A program made the position numbers and the translations under genes. This document shows positions 24,188 to 36,550 of a stretch of 64,000 nucleotides of DNA, in pieces. The notes under the pieces were generated by a model, which saw only the letters and a list, made by a program, of their open reading frames with translations, searched no databases and was not told the DNA's origin. Positions within the stretch are counted from its first letter, which is position 1. Every line of letters begins with the position of its first letter. This DNA comes from an uncultured Planctomycetota bacterium (GTDB lineage Bacteria; Planctomycetota; Planctomycetia; Isosphaerales; Isosphaeraceae): contig CAWJTV010000001.1 of NCBI GenBank assembly GCA_963845755.1, positions 160,001 to 224,000 on the forward strand, written 5' to 3'.

Positions 24188-24409
24188 CGGTGAGATGGCG
24201 CGGCCTTGAGGGCCGGGCCGAATTGCCGACTCTGTTGATGTCATTCAGACTGGCGGCGATTCATGGATGAATCGTCGCCTTTCTCGATTTTCTGAGATTC
24301 GGTGAGATGGCGCGACCTTGAGGGCCGGGCCGAATTGCCGACTCTGTTGATGTCATTCAGACTGGCGGCGATTCATGGATGAATCGTCGCCTTTCTCGAT
24401 TTTCTGAGA
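24188..24409 (+). repeat. 112-bp tandem duplication containing a terminator-like hairpin
   Basis: Units start at 24188 and 24300; hairpin GGCGGCGATTCAT-GG-ATGAATCGTCGCC followed by TTTCTC. Confidence 0.9.
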
Positions 24410-24447
24410 ACGGGCGCGGTAAGTTGGAAAGCTCCCCAGCTTGACAC

Positions 24448-24476
24448 TTGACAAATGATGGGAGTCTGGGTGAAAT
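24448..24476 (+). promoter_or_regulatory. Putative sigma70 promoter
   Basis: TTGACA-N17-TGAAAT upstream of the second PEP-CTERM gene. Confidence 0.4.
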
Positions 24477-24633
24477 GGGCGGTTGAGGCGAGGCCAAGGG
24501 GACAGCCGTCAACGGCCCAAGGGCAGGAGGTAGGCCCCGCCCATTGGCTTCCCAGTTTGCCCCCGTACTCGCTTCCTCAGCGGGACTTTGTGAATCCTTC
24601 GAGTTCAGTTTTGATATGAAGGAGTCTTGCACC

Positions 24634-25354
24634 ATGCAAAAGCGTCGGGGAGTTCTTCCGGGCCTCGCCCTGTGTGCCCTGGTCGCCCTCGGGGGTAGTC
24701 AGGCCGAGGCCGGATCGATCACGTTGAACGTCGATCTGGGCGGAGTCGTGATTTACACAGCGACTTCCGTGGCGCCGGATCAAACGGTCACGGCAAACGT
24801 GGCCGCACTGAACACAGCTTTGTTCAGCGCACGGTTCGGCGTACCAGTTCGATGGGATCAGTGCCAACAGCAACTATACCGGTGGCGCCGACGGATTCTT
24901 GCAGACCAACGCCCAGCTCTTTACCCCGGGCCCCGGCACGACCACGGCCACTCTTTCGATTGACGTGACCCAGAGTGGTTTCCTCTTACCGGCGGGCGAT
25001 GGAATCCTGGTGAGTTCGTTGGCTGCGAATTCTTCCGAGACGACAACGGGGACGGCAGCGTTCACCAGCGACTTTCAGGGGACGCCCTCACCAACTTTGA
25101 CGTTCACCGCGCCGGGAGTCTACTCCGCCATGACTACGCCGATGGCCGTCGGAGTGATCCCCTCGGGCTACACGCTGTCGAACCATTTCTTGATCAACAT
25201 CCCCATAAATCCCGATACCTCGCTAGGGGTCACGGGCACGACCACGCTCACCGTTACGACGATTCCCGAACCGGCGAGCGTTGTCATGATGTTGACCAGC
25301 ATGCCCGTGCCCTTCGTGGTCATGGGTCTTCTCCGCCGTAAGCGCAAGGTCTGA
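24634..25354 (+). CDS. PEP-CTERM surface protein paralog (frameshift near 24828)
   Basis: Strong similarity to 23444-24160; IPEPASVVMMLTSMPVPFVVMGLLRRKRKV tail. Confidence 0.85.
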
Positions 25355-25448
25355 ACGGCTTGATCGATCGATCTCAAGGGGCGGTGATGAGATGGCGCGG
25401 CCTTGAGGGCCGGGCCGAATTGCCGACTCTGTTGATGTCATTCAGACT

Positions 25449-25500
25449 GGCGCCGATTCACGCCAGCCTTCGGGCTGGGATGAATCGTCGCCCTTTTTTG
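25449..25500 (+). terminator. Intrinsic terminator
   Basis: GGCGCCGATTCA-CGCCAGCC-TTCG-GGCTGG-GATGAATCGTCGCC then a T-run; UUCG tetraloop. Confidence 0.75.
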
Positions 25501-26432
25501 TTCTGTCTGGTAAGAATCCCACTTTCATCATGCCTCGACTTTCCGGTTCCTGCGGACGGTTCGATGCAATACCATTGAATGACTGATCACTCAAAGCTCA
25601 AGACCACCGTATCGATCCGGAGTGATTGCGCGGGGCCCCGGTTCGGCCCCTCATCCGTCCCGCGGGCACCCTTGGCCGAGACGCCTCCAGCTTGGCCCCG
25701 AGATACCCGAGAGTTCTCGGCAAGCCCCACGACGTCGGGGTGAGTGAGACCGCCGGCCGGCGGCGCCGATCGTGGCATAAAGTGGCACACTCTATCATAA
25801 ATGGGGAAGGTCCCCATCCCCGATCTCGTTGGCCGCAAGGGAGTTCGGGACGACCACCTGCCGGGTCGGTCCGGTCGGCTCTGGCGACGGGCCGATGGCC
25901 GAAAGCGACGAGTTCCGGCATTTCCTGACATGGGTTGTGATGACGCCTCGGACGCGACGGGGAACGGATCGTGCGAGCCTTCTACTATGAGGATGCCTCA
26001 ACTTTGGAATTTCGTTAATGCACCTATGCCGGAAGTTTCGGTTTTTCTCGACCGAACTCTCAACGGGAGTGGGAGATAAAATTTTTTTCAAAAAAATATT
26101 GGCTGTGGACTGCGCGGGGCCGTTGGCCTGCCGGGGGGCGGGAAAGGAGCGAACGACGGAGCGATTGGCCGCGAGGGCTCTCTCGAGGCCTGCGCCCCGG
26201 CGGCTGCCGTGACGGGCACGGCCATCGGTGGACTTCGGCGAGGACTTCCCTTTAGGGCGTTCGGAAACAAGGAAAGTGCTGCCAATGAACGAGTTCGGTA
26301 TCCGAAGCCGCGCCCCACGTCTTCACCTGCGTGGCATGCCGGCAGTGGTCGGCTTTCCGCCCGTTTGGCGACCTGAGCAGAAAACGGAGCGTCCGTTCTT
26401 CGATACGCGCTTAACTTAGGGATCGAGGAGTC

Positions 26433-26533
26433 TCACGCGGAGACGCGGAGCACGCGGAGTCCGACCGAGGCAGCCGAGGATCGGATTTCGCGTGCGATGA
26501 GTGGTTTCTCCGCGTCTCCGCGTCTCCGCGTGA
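26433..26533. repeat. Miniature inverted-repeat element built of CGCGGAG units
   Basis: TCACGCGGAGACGCGGAG...CTCCGCGTCTCCGCGTGA. Confidence 0.7.
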
Positions 26534-26786
26534 AATGCGGATTGGGAACGAACCGCGTTGCGGTGCAACGGCGTTCGAGCGCTTGGAATCTTACTGAGCG
26601 GGGATCTGCGCCAAGGGTCGGATGCGAATGGGCCAGGACCGGCCAACCTGACCGGGGAGATGGTGTACCGTGACGTTTCACTCCCGTGTCGCCCCGGCGC
26701 ACTCAAGAGACCGCGACCGCGAGGTCTTGGCGGCTACGATCCCTTGAGCGATCGTCGATCGAGTTAACGAACGTCCGGGGCCGAGG

Positions 26787-29700
26787 TCACGACGTCCAGT
26801 ACCACAAGGAGGCGCCGGGGGCGGTGAAGTAGAGCGACGTGCCCATCACCACGAAGTTGGTCGGGATGTTGTTCGAGCCGGTCTTGAGGTTGGTGTCCAT
26901 CACCGTCCCGGACGACGTCCCGTCGCTCTGCCACACCTGGAAACCGCTCTTCGCCGTGTAGGCGGTGAAGTACAGCATCCCATTCATGGCGATCAGGTTG
27001 GTCACGTCGGCGGTCAACGTGCCGTTGATGTCGGTCACCATCGCTGTCCCGCCGGCCGTCCCGTTGCTCGACCACAACTGCTCGCCGTCCACACCGTTAT
27101 TGGCCGCGAAGAACAGCGTGTTGCCCACGGCCGTCAGATTCCCGGGACTCAGGCCCCCACCGCTGGCGTTGCCACTGCTGAGCATCGTCGCCGAGCCGCC
27201 GCTGAACGACCACAACTGCTCGCCGTCGGGCCCGTCGTTGGCCGCGAAGAACAGCGTGTTCCCCATCGCCGTCAACTGCGAGGGGTTCAAGCCCATCCCG
27301 GCGGCGCCGCCGCTGGTCAACCGCGTCGTCCCGCTGGACGTCCCGTTGCTCGACCACAACTGGAACCCGTGGGTCGGGTCGAAGCCGCTGAAATACAGGG
27401 TCCCCCCCACCGCGGTCAGGTACTGCGGGATTGTGCCGCCCCCGCTGGCGTTGCCGCTGCTGAGCATCGTCGTCCCGCTGGACGTCCCGTTGGTCTCCCA
27501 CAACTGCGAGCCGGCAGTCGAATTGCTGGCCTGGAAGTAGAGGACGCCGCCGGCGACGGTCAGCTCGCTGGGATAGGAGCCGGGCTCATTGTTGGCCCCG
27601 GGGATGTCGGCCACCATCGTGGTCCCGTTGGCGGTCCCGTCGCTCTTGAAGAGCTGGGTGCCATCGTTGAGGTCCAGGCCGGCGAAGTAGAGGGTGCCGT
27701 TGCCGTTGGTCAACTGGGACGGATAGAGGCCGAAGTTGGGGACGCCGTCGTTGCTGTCGGTGACGTAGCTGGTCCCGGCGGCGGTGCCGTTGCTCGACCA
27801 CAACTGGTCGCCGTGGGTCAGGTCGTCGGCGGCGAAATAGAGGGTCTTGCCGACGGCGGTGAGGTCCTTGGGATTGATACCGCCGTTGGTGTCGTTCGAG
27901 TTGGTGAGCTGGATGGTGCCATTGGCGGTGCCATTGGTCTCCCAGAGCTGGGAGCCATGGGTGGCGTCGTGGCCGACGAAGAAGAGCTCGCCGTTGATCG
28001 CCACCGGCGCCGACATGACCGTGGGGCCGAAATTGATGCCCGTCAAGGTCGGCGTGGGCGTGGGCGTCGGCGTGGGCGTGGGCGTGGGCGTCGGCGTGGG
28101 CGTCGGCGTCGGCGTCGTAACATTGATGGTCACCGCGTCGCTGGCGGTGGTGTAATCGGTGGTGTCCGTGGGCGTGAAGACGACCGAGAGAGTCTGGCCA
28201 TTGCCCGCGGGGAGGACGGTTCCTGCGGGCGGGGTGTACGTAAATTCCCCGGCCACGCTCCCCGACGTTCCGCCCACCTTCCAGGAGGATGTGGCGTCGA
28301 GCTGGGTGCTGCTCAGGGCCGTGCCGTAGACGATGCTGGCCGGGTTGGCCCAGGTGATGGTGGGCGTGGCCTGCGTCACGTTGATCGTCGCCGTGGCACT
28401 GGCGCTCTTGTAGTCCGTCGTGTCGGTGGGGTTGAAGGTGACCGACAGCGTCTGGCCTGTGCCCGCCTTGAGGATGGTTCCCGCGGCCGGTGAGTAGGTG
28501 AAGCTCCCGGCCACGCTCCCCGACGTTCCGCCCACCTTCCAGGAGGATGTGGCGTCGAGCTGGGTGCTGCTCAGGGCCGTGCCGTAGACGATGCTGGCCG
28601 GGTTGGCCCAGGTGATGGTGGGCGTGGCCTGCGTCACGTTGATCGTCGCCGTGGCACTGGCGCTCTTGTAGTCCGTCGTGTCGGTGGGGTTGAAGGTGAC
28701 CGACAGCGTCTGGCCCGTGCCCGCCTCGAGGATGGTTCCCGCGGCCGGTGAGTAGGTGAAGCTCCCGGCCACGCTCCCCGACGTTCCGCCCACCTTCCAG
28801 GAGGATGTGGCGTCGAGCTGGGTGCTGCTCAGGGCCGTGCCGTAGACGATGCTGGCCGGGTTGGCCCAGGTGATGGTGGGCGTGGCCTGCGTCACGTTGA
28901 TCGTCGCCGTGGCCGAGGCATCCGTGTAATCGGTGGTGTCGGTGGGCACGAAGAGGACCGAGAGCGACTGGCCGTTGCCCGCGCCGAGGACGGTGCCGGC
29001 AGCCGGGGTGTAGGTAAACTTCCCGGGCACGCTGGCTGTCGCGTCGAGCTGCGTGCTACTCAGTGCAGTGCCGTATGTGATGTTGGCCGGATTGGGCCAG
29101 GTGATCGTCGGCGTGATGGGTGTGGGCGTTGGTGTCGGTGTGGGCGTTGGTGTCGGCGTGGGCGTTGGTGTCGGTGTGGGCGTTGGTGTCGGTGTGGGCT
29201 GCCATTGCCACATCGACGCACCGGGGGCGGTGAAGTAGAGCGACGGGCTATTCGTCACGAAGTCGGTCGGGATGTTGTTCGAGCCGGTCTTGAGGTTGGT
29301 GTCCATCACCGTCCCGGACGACGTCCCGTCGCTCTGCCACACCTGGAAACCGCTCTTCGCCGTGTAGGCGGTGAAGTACAGCATCCCATTCATGGCGATC
29401 AGGTTGGTCACGTCGGCGGTCGATGTGCCGTTGATGTCGGTCACCATCGCTGTCCCACTGGCCGTCCCGTTGCTCGACCACAACTGCTCGCCGTCCACAC
29501 CGTTATTGGCCGCGAAGAACACCGTGTTGCCCACGGCCGTCAGATCCTCGGGACTCAGGCCCCCACCGCTGGCGTTGCCACTGCTGAGCATCGTCGCCGA
29601 GCCGCCGCTGAACGACCACAACTGGTCGCCGTCGGGCCCGTCGTTGGCCGCGAAGAACAGCGTGTTCCCCACCGCCGTCAACTGCGAGGGGTTCAAGCCC

Positions 29701-30559
29701 ATTCCGGCGGCGCCGCCGCTGGTCAACCGCGTCGTCCCGCTGGACGTCCCGTTGCTCGACCACAACTGGAACCCGTGGGTCGGGTCGAAGCCGCTGAAAT
29801 ACAGGGTCCCCCCCACCGCGGTCAGGTACTGCGGGATTGTGCCGCCCCCGCTGGCGTTGCCGCTGCTGAGCATCGTCGTCCCGCTGGACGTCCCGTTGGT
29901 CTCCCACAACTGCGAGCCGGCAGTCGAATTGCTGGCCTGGAAGTAGAGGACGCCGCCGGCGACGGTCAGCTCGCTGGGATAGGAGCCGGGCTCATTGTTG
30001 GCCCCGGGGATGTCGGCCACCATCGTGGTGCCCGCAGCAGTCCCGTTGCTCTTGAAGAGCTGGATGCCGTCGTTGAGGTCCAGGCCGGCGAAGTAGAGGG
30101 TGCCGTTGCCGTTGGTCAACTGGGACGGATAGAGGCCGAAGTTGGGGACGCCGTCGTTACTGTCGGTGACGTAGGTAGTCCCGTTGGCGGTGCCGTTGCT
30201 CGACCACAACTGGTCGCCGTGGGTGAGGTCGTCGGCGGCGAAATAGAGGGTCTTGCCGACGGCGGTGAGGTCCTTGGGATTGATACCACCGTTGGTGTCG
30301 TTCGAGTTGGTGAGCTGGATGGTGCCATTGGCGGTGCCATTGGTCTCCCAGAGCTGGGAGCCATGGGTGGCGTCGTGGCCGACGAAGAAGAGCTCGCCGT
30401 TGATCGCCACCGGCGCCGACATGACCGTGGGGCCGAAATTGATGGGGGTCGCGGTCAAGAGCTGGCGGCCTTCCAGGTCCTCGATCTGGATTCGCCGCGC
30501 GCGACCTTCCGCCTGCGGCTGCCGGGAGTGACGACGCGACGCCCGAGTTGCAGAAACAT
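26787..30559 (-). CDS. ELWxxDGT-type repeat surface protein with two near-identical propeller domains, PT linkers and Ig-like repeats (frameshift near 30495)
   Basis: GAGGTG RBS and ATG at 30559; Arg-rich leader + IEDLEGRQLL; many QLWxx[ND]GT repeats. Confidence 0.88.
28120..29110 (-). repeat. 258-bp (86 aa) intragenic tandem repeats, Ig-like, between Pro-Thr linkers
   Basis: Equivalent positions at 28243, 28501 and 28759; TPTITWANPASIVYGTALSSTQLDAT unit, plus one shorter diverged copy. Confidence 0.9.
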
Positions 30560-32702
30560 ACGATCACCTCGCATTGTAATATCAGGGAAGATGGGGCACG
30601 CATTATCAAAATCTTGCTGTACGTCGGCGATCGCGTCGTGCTAGCCGCGGGTCTCCTACCGGTGCCCGAGTCGGGCGAGATATTGCTAAAGATCCCGGAG
30701 CCGCCTCCGCTCCCGGGAGATGAGTCACATCGAAGGACATCGAAGACCCCTCGCGCTAGGAAGCGAGGGAGCGAACCCGCGCGGCCCCCAGGGACCAACC
30801 CTGCACCGGGAACAAAGACTGGCCATCCCCTGGGGATTCCCGGGCCTTCACACATGCATTATTTGTTAATTAGGAACCGACGACGAAGTCGTGATTGCAC
30901 GGGGTCGGCCGCGAGCGAGGCCGGCCTGGGAGTATTCTGACGCTCCGCGACTCATACCCTAGGAGGTATGAACATTATCACGAGAGCCATTAGAACATAG
31001 CGGTGGCATAGTATCGTCGAGCGGTGCGGGAAAAGTCAAGGATTCACAAACAAATTCCAGGTTCCAAATCACTTGACGACGAGCATCTTTTGGCCCTCCT
31101 TAATAAAGAATCTCGATCATTCAAAGAGACGACTTTGGCAGGATCTGCGAATGACACCGGCGTACCATGGCGTTCCCATCGAGGAAGGCCCTTGACTCAC
31201 CCCTTCACGCCGCAGCCCTGCCCCTAACCTCCTTTCCGTTCTCCGCGGTAGGCCCGCATCGCGTGGCATTCGGGGATCCCGACGTCCGATCCGCATCCCA
31301 CTCCCGACCGGCGCGATCGATCGGTCGATACACGGATCCATCGCGGGTGGATGGAATCGCGCGGCCTCGAGGATCGGAAAGGTCGGCGTCGAGCCACAGA
31401 CGAACTCTCAACGTTGATCTCGGTCCGCGCATCCTCCGGGGACGGAGGACCGGGTCGACTTTGCGGGATGTCGATCGACGACTCCTCCGGTCTTCGGCCG
31501 AGCGACGGCGCACCGAAGGCACGAAGCTTTTCCGATCGGGCCATCTGCGCCGGCTGGCTGACCGCTCCGTCGCCGACTCGCAGGGCAACACGGACCCCGC
31601 CCCGATCACTCCGAGTCACCATTCTATGATGCTTGTGGTTATGCATAAATCCATTCACGAAATTGCTTCTTCATAAATCAGGGCCGTCGAGTTCGCCCCC
31701 ACGGTCCACGCACGACGGCCCGCGGGGTTCATCGAGGCGGTACAGTGCCGACCGTGTATCGCCCCTCACTGCATTCCGGACCTCGGGACTCCCCTCTGCA
31801 GATGGCAAGAAGCTGCTCGACCCTCAAGGGCGGTGCGACCGCCAATCCCACCTCGGCAAGGGCCAGGTCTCGGCCCCATATGGTGTCCGCCGTCCTCGAT
31901 CCCGGTCACCGACGGGCCTCATCCCCCTGCCCGAGACGTCGAACACGTCAAACGCTCCCTGAGCGGTCCTCTCGTGGAATTCAATAAGATTTGCGCAATC
32001 GAGAGATTGGCAAGTGAATCGGGACACGGACGAGGGCCGCGTACTTCCGGCAATGCCTTCGAGGGCGACCGGCTTGAGAGTCGCGGAGGTTCTCCGCCAT
32101 TCGAAGCCACATGCGAGCCTGCGAGGTCGGCGGGCTCCGCCTCCGTACTTTCGCCATCCGGCCGACGGTCGCGACTCTTCGGTCGAGAGGCCCATCCCAA
32201 TCGACCCGTACAGAAGTGTTATCGACGAAGGTCCGCCGACACAGACACTTCCACCTGCTCGCCTTATTAAAACAGCAGATACGACGGGCCATTCTGGTAC
32301 GAGAGCCATCATCCAGCGTCCCATGTGTATGCAATCATGTTGATCGAAAGTCCGGTCTGTTGATTTGGTGCAACATTCCCGAAATCAGTATAGAACATCA
32401 GAGGTCGCTCTACGGAAACATCGTCGCGAATCACGACACGTCGTTCACGCCCGGCTGGTCCAGGAAATCACGGCCCGGCCGGCAATTTGGCCTCCATCGG
32501 GTTGACCTCATCGCGGAAGGGCGACACGCCAGGGTGAGAACATGGATCTTCTCCGCCAGAGTCGGGGAATGCCATCGGGCACGTCAACAGGGGGAGCCCG
32601 CGAATCGATGCGCGGGGAATCTGCATACGGGCGGGCAATCCCCCCGTTCATCAGACATTCATCGATCGCTTGGTTCAGGTTTCGCAGTTCTGAGGAAGCT
32701 TA

Positions 32703-32780
32703 GGAGCTATCTCAAAAATAGGTCCCAGACTCATGAAGTCCTGGAAAACCAGCCCGACAGGGCATTTTTGAAACAGCTCC
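32703..32780. mobile_element. 78-bp MITE / internally deleted IS remnant (IS5-like ends)
   Basis: 16-bp terminal IRs GGAGCTATCTCAAAAA / TTTTTGAAACAGCTCC (2 mismatches) flanked by TTA on both sides. Confidence 0.7.
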
Positions 32781-33979
32781 TTAGCGGGTAGCCAATGGGC
32801 GCGGCCCAACCGAACCGCTGCGAACAGAGGCCCAGGAATTCTCCGTCCGGAGAGTTCCCTCGTCGTCAAACTGTTCCGGCGTTATCGGCTGTTTGTTCGA
32901 GGAAAGCCACAGGCTGGACGCCGAGGCTCTTGGGTGTCAATCTCGTCAACCACGACTCGCTCCACTCATGGAAACGTTGTCGCTTCCTCGCAATCGTGCG
33001 GACTTCTTGGTGGAGTTGTGTTGAGCCGTGGATCTGAGAGCGACCTCGTCAATATAGATATAGATCGACTCGCGAGTTGTCAAGCGGAATTAAGCTTATT
33101 TCTCCTAATGAGCATGCTCATTTCTCTTTGGTCGATCTATTCGATCATTCATGGAAGTTTCCTTCCATGCACCATGGTCTGCAACGACCCGGGTGAGTCG
33201 TGGGTCCGGCCGGACTGCCAGATCGACGTGTGAGAGTCGGCGGCCGGCGTGGTCGTACCCGTGATACGGAACCGGCGTGTGCGCGGGCGCGTTGCATGAA
33301 GATAGTTTAGCAGCGCTCATCTCGTTTACGTTGATCAGGCATGGGCCCCTGACCTCGATACCGGTTCGAGCCGGCGAGCCCCGAGGAGTCCCGCCGGGCA
33401 CGGTCAGTCCCCGCGGGTCGGAGGGCTCCGCGGCACCTCTGGCTTGAGCGGGCCACCCGGCCGTTGGCGCACAACCCGGGCTCGAAAAGGGCGGCCCGGC
33501 AATCTTGCGATCTCACCGCGACGTTTTCATCATATCAGTGTATCGGAGAAAAACGATGCGACGAGAGGATAGGTTGCGGATGGTGGGAGGCGCGGTGGAG
33601 CTTCGCCGCGATTTGCTGTGAGAGATAGCGAATCGATCAGCGATCCCTTCTCTGATTCAGCTCATGTGCGGAATCGCGTGGGCAGCGCGACGAGGAGACC
33701 TTCGGTCTGGCATTCGAGCGAGGTCGGGAGACCCGCGCGGAGGTTGGTGCACTTCCGATTTCCCCGCGCCGGCCAATTCATCGATCTTGTCCGGAACCTG
33801 GGGCGCATCGGCATTTGCGTGTGGGACATGAGGCATGCCAGCCCAGCCCCGATCGGGGTGCAAGGCCGCGACAGTGTCGGGAGCCGTGCGCCGACGGCGG
33901 AGACGAGGCCGGGACCGTGGCCTCCGCCACGGTCCCCGGACCGACCCAGTCCTCTCGTCGAGGCGGCCTGCGGCGGAGA

Positions 33980-35353
33980 CTACGATTTCCAACCCCACAA
34001 GGAGGCACCGGGGGCGGTGAAGTAGAGCGACGGGCTATTCGTCACGAAGTCGGTCGGGATGTTGTTCGAGCCGGTCTTGAGGTTGGTGTCCATCACCGTC
34101 CCGGACGACGTCCCGTTGCTCTGCCACACCTGGAAACCGCTCTTCGCCGTGTAGGCGGTGAAGTACAGCATCCCATTCATGGCGATCAGGTTGGTCACGT
34201 CGGCGGTCAACGTGCCGTTGATGTCGGTCACCATCGCTGTCCCACTGGCCGTCCCGTTGCTCGACCACAACTGCTCGCCGTCCACACCGTTATTGGCCGC
34301 GAAGAACACCGTGTTGCCCACGGCCGTCAGATCCTCGGGACTCAGGCCCCCACGGCTAGCGTTGCCGCTGCTCAACATCACCGTGCCCGCCCCGGTCCCA
34401 TTGCTCTTCCAGACCTGCGTGCCGTGGACCCCATCATTGGCCGCGAAGAACAGCGTGCTCCCCACCGCCGTCAGGTCGGTGGGATTCAGGCCCAATCCGG
34501 CCGCGCCGCTGCTGGTGAGCCGGTTTGTCCCGCCGGACGTCCCGTTGCTCGACCACAACTGGAACCCGTGAGTCGGGTCGAAACCGCTGAAATACAGGGT
34601 CCCCCCCACCGCGGTCAGGTATTGCGGGATTGTGCCGCCCCCCTTGGCGTTGCCGCTGCTGACCATCGTCGTCCCGCTGGACGTCCCGTTGGTCTTCCAC
34701 AACTGCGAGCCGGCAGTCGCATTGTCGGCCTGGAAGTAGAGGACGCCGCCGGCGACGGTCAGCTCGCTGGGATAGGAGCCGGGCTCATTGTTGGCCCCGG
34801 GGATGTCGGCCACCATCGTGGTGCCCGCAGCAGTCCCGTTGCTCTTGAAAAGCTGGGTGCCGTCGTTGAGGTCCAGGCCGGTGAAGTAGAGGGTGCCGTT
34901 GCCGTTGGTCAACTGGGACGGATAGAGGCCGAAGTTGGGGACGCCGTCGTTACTGTCGGTGACGTAGGTGGTGCCGCCGACGGTGCCGTTGCTCTTCCAG
35001 ATCTGGTCGCCGTGGGTGAGGTCGTCGGCGGCGAAGTAGAGGGTCTTGCCGACGGCGGTGAGGTCCTTGGGGTTGATGCCGCCGTTCTTGTCGTTGGAGT
35101 TGGTGAGCTGTATCGTGCCGCTGCTGGTGCCGTTCGTCTCCCAGAGTTGGGTGCCGTGGGTGGCGTCGTGGCCGACGAAGAAGAGCTCGCCGTTGATCGC
35201 CACCGGCGCCGACATGACCGTGGGGGCGAAATTGATGGGGGTCGCGGTCAGGAGCTGGCGGCCCTCGAGATTCTCGACATTGAGACCGAACTTAATTCTC
35301 CGCCTGGACGTGGCCTTCGCGGAGGGACAACGCTTCGTCGGGAGAGAAAACAT
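33980..35353 (-). CDS. ELWxxDGT-type repeat protein, single domain paralog
   Basis: VENLEGRQLLT signal motif; near-identical to the domains of 26787-30559. Confidence 0.9.
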   Translation of the reverse strand: MFSLPTKRCPSAKATSRRRIKFGLNVENLEGRQLLTATPINFAPTVMSAPVAINGELFFVGHDATHGTQLWETNGTSSGTIQLTNSNDKNGGINPKDLTAVGKTLYFAADDLTHGDQIWKSNGTVGGTTYVTDSNDGVPNFGLYPSQLTNGNGTLYFTGLDLNDGTQLFKSNGTAAGTTMVADIPGANNEPGSYPSELTVAGGVLYFQADNATAGSQLWKTNGTSSGTTMVSSGNAKGGGTIPQYLTAVGGTLYFSGFDPTHGFQLWSSNGTSGGTNRLTSSGAAGLGLNPTDLTAVGSTLFFAANDGVHGTQVWKSNGTGAGTVMLSSGNASRGGLSPEDLTAVGNTVFFAANNGVDGEQLWSSNGTASGTAMVTDINGTLTADVTNLIAMNGMLYFTAYTAKSGFQVWQSNGTSSGTVMDTNLKTGSNNIPTDFVTNSPSLYFTAPGASLWGWKS

Positions 35354-35881
35354 GGGCTGTCTCCGTCAGGTCGGGGGGGAGGCCAAGTCAACGTGGCTTT
35401 GTCGGGGCGTTCCGCGCCGAGTGCGCGGGGAATCTTCGCCCCAGGTGTCTCCCCCGGATCATCAAAACATCCATCATTCCTGTGGCAGAGTAGGCCAATA
35501 TGGCACGGCCCGATCGGGACGCCCCCGCACCCTCGGCGCAGGAACGCTTTGTCCCGGGGCACTCCCCGGCCCTTCAATCATTCACCGATCGTGCTAGAGG
35601 GAAGGTGACCCGCCGCACATGCAGAGTCACGGCTGAGAGCCAACTGAACGCGCACGCCTCTCCATCTCGGAGAGTCTACGCTCGTCGAGGTTCCCTCATT
35701 CACTGCTTTGTTGATTGGATGCCGCTGACGCGATGCCAGGGCTGTTGATTAGGGGTTGCTCTGGGTGACCCGCCGTGCCTGCCGCCTGCGATTCTTGCGG
35801 ATTCCTTCTGAGTCCTCGAATCGTTGCGGCCCTCTCCCGAGGGATTCGTCGCAGGGTGGGTCTTTGAGAAAAGGGTGCTGT

Positions 35882-35910
35882 ATCGTAGGCAGGCTCATTG
35901 GGGTTGTCAA
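35882..35910 (-). promoter_or_regulatory. sigma70-type promoter
   Basis: Minus strand TTGACA-N17-TACGAT about 530 bp upstream of the 35353 start. Confidence 0.65.
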
Positions 35911-36550
35911 GAGCTAATGCGCTCATTTTTCAGCATGCTCATTTCCATGTTTCCTCAATCGAATTGATCGCTCACCAATGGCATCCGCCTTACATGCATG
36001 TCTTCGAGTGATCCGGCGTGGCGGGTGCCATCGACGTCCCGCATCTCGGTGCCGCGTGCCTTGATAGGGGGCCGACCGAGGCCGATCTAGGCATTGAAGC
36101 GAACGGCGTGATGATGCGGGGTCTTCATCGCCATGGTGAGGAGTCGTCGCGACCTGGCGCGTTAAGTTGGGCCAACTGTAGTCGTGATGGCATCTATAGG
36201 CAGTCTACTTGTCCTACTAGTTATGCCGGGATCGCGGTGCGTCAGACGTTCTCTTATACCACAGTCGTGGAGCCCACAAGACATCTCGATCGTCCTGGCA
36301 ACTTTCTTATCGATCACACAATGTCGAGAGGATGAAAGCGTGCTGCCTTGCGAATATGGGGGCCGCGGGACTCTGATCGTCCGCCATTCGAGCATCTAAC
36401 GCCGATGTGGCCGACGGTCGGGGAAGAGGACGCCTTCCACCATTCCCAACGTCCGGCCAGCCCGAGGTCATTTTGTCGAAGCCGGCTCCATCCGGCGATC
36501 GTCATTTCACTGATAAGCGCTCTAGAGCGCATAACAGATGGGTTGCGCAC

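Noticed and set aside
24188..24409. Possible CRISPR array
   Set aside because: Whole 112-bp unit is repeated with no unique spacers and no cas genes
30961..31000. AGGAGGT followed by a 10-codon ORF
   Set aside because: ATG abuts the Shine-Dalgarno with no spacing; better explained as part of a palindrome
33300..33390. tRNA-like GGTTCGAGCC
   Set aside because: No acceptor, D or anticodon stems could be built
26787..35353. Diversity-generating retroelement template/variable repeats
   Set aside because: No reverse transcriptase in the window, copies are too long, and the differences inspected are not adenine-specific
36490..36535. Possible IS630-like end at AGCGCTCTAGAGCGC
   Set aside because: No partner inverted repeat or transposase remnant could be identified
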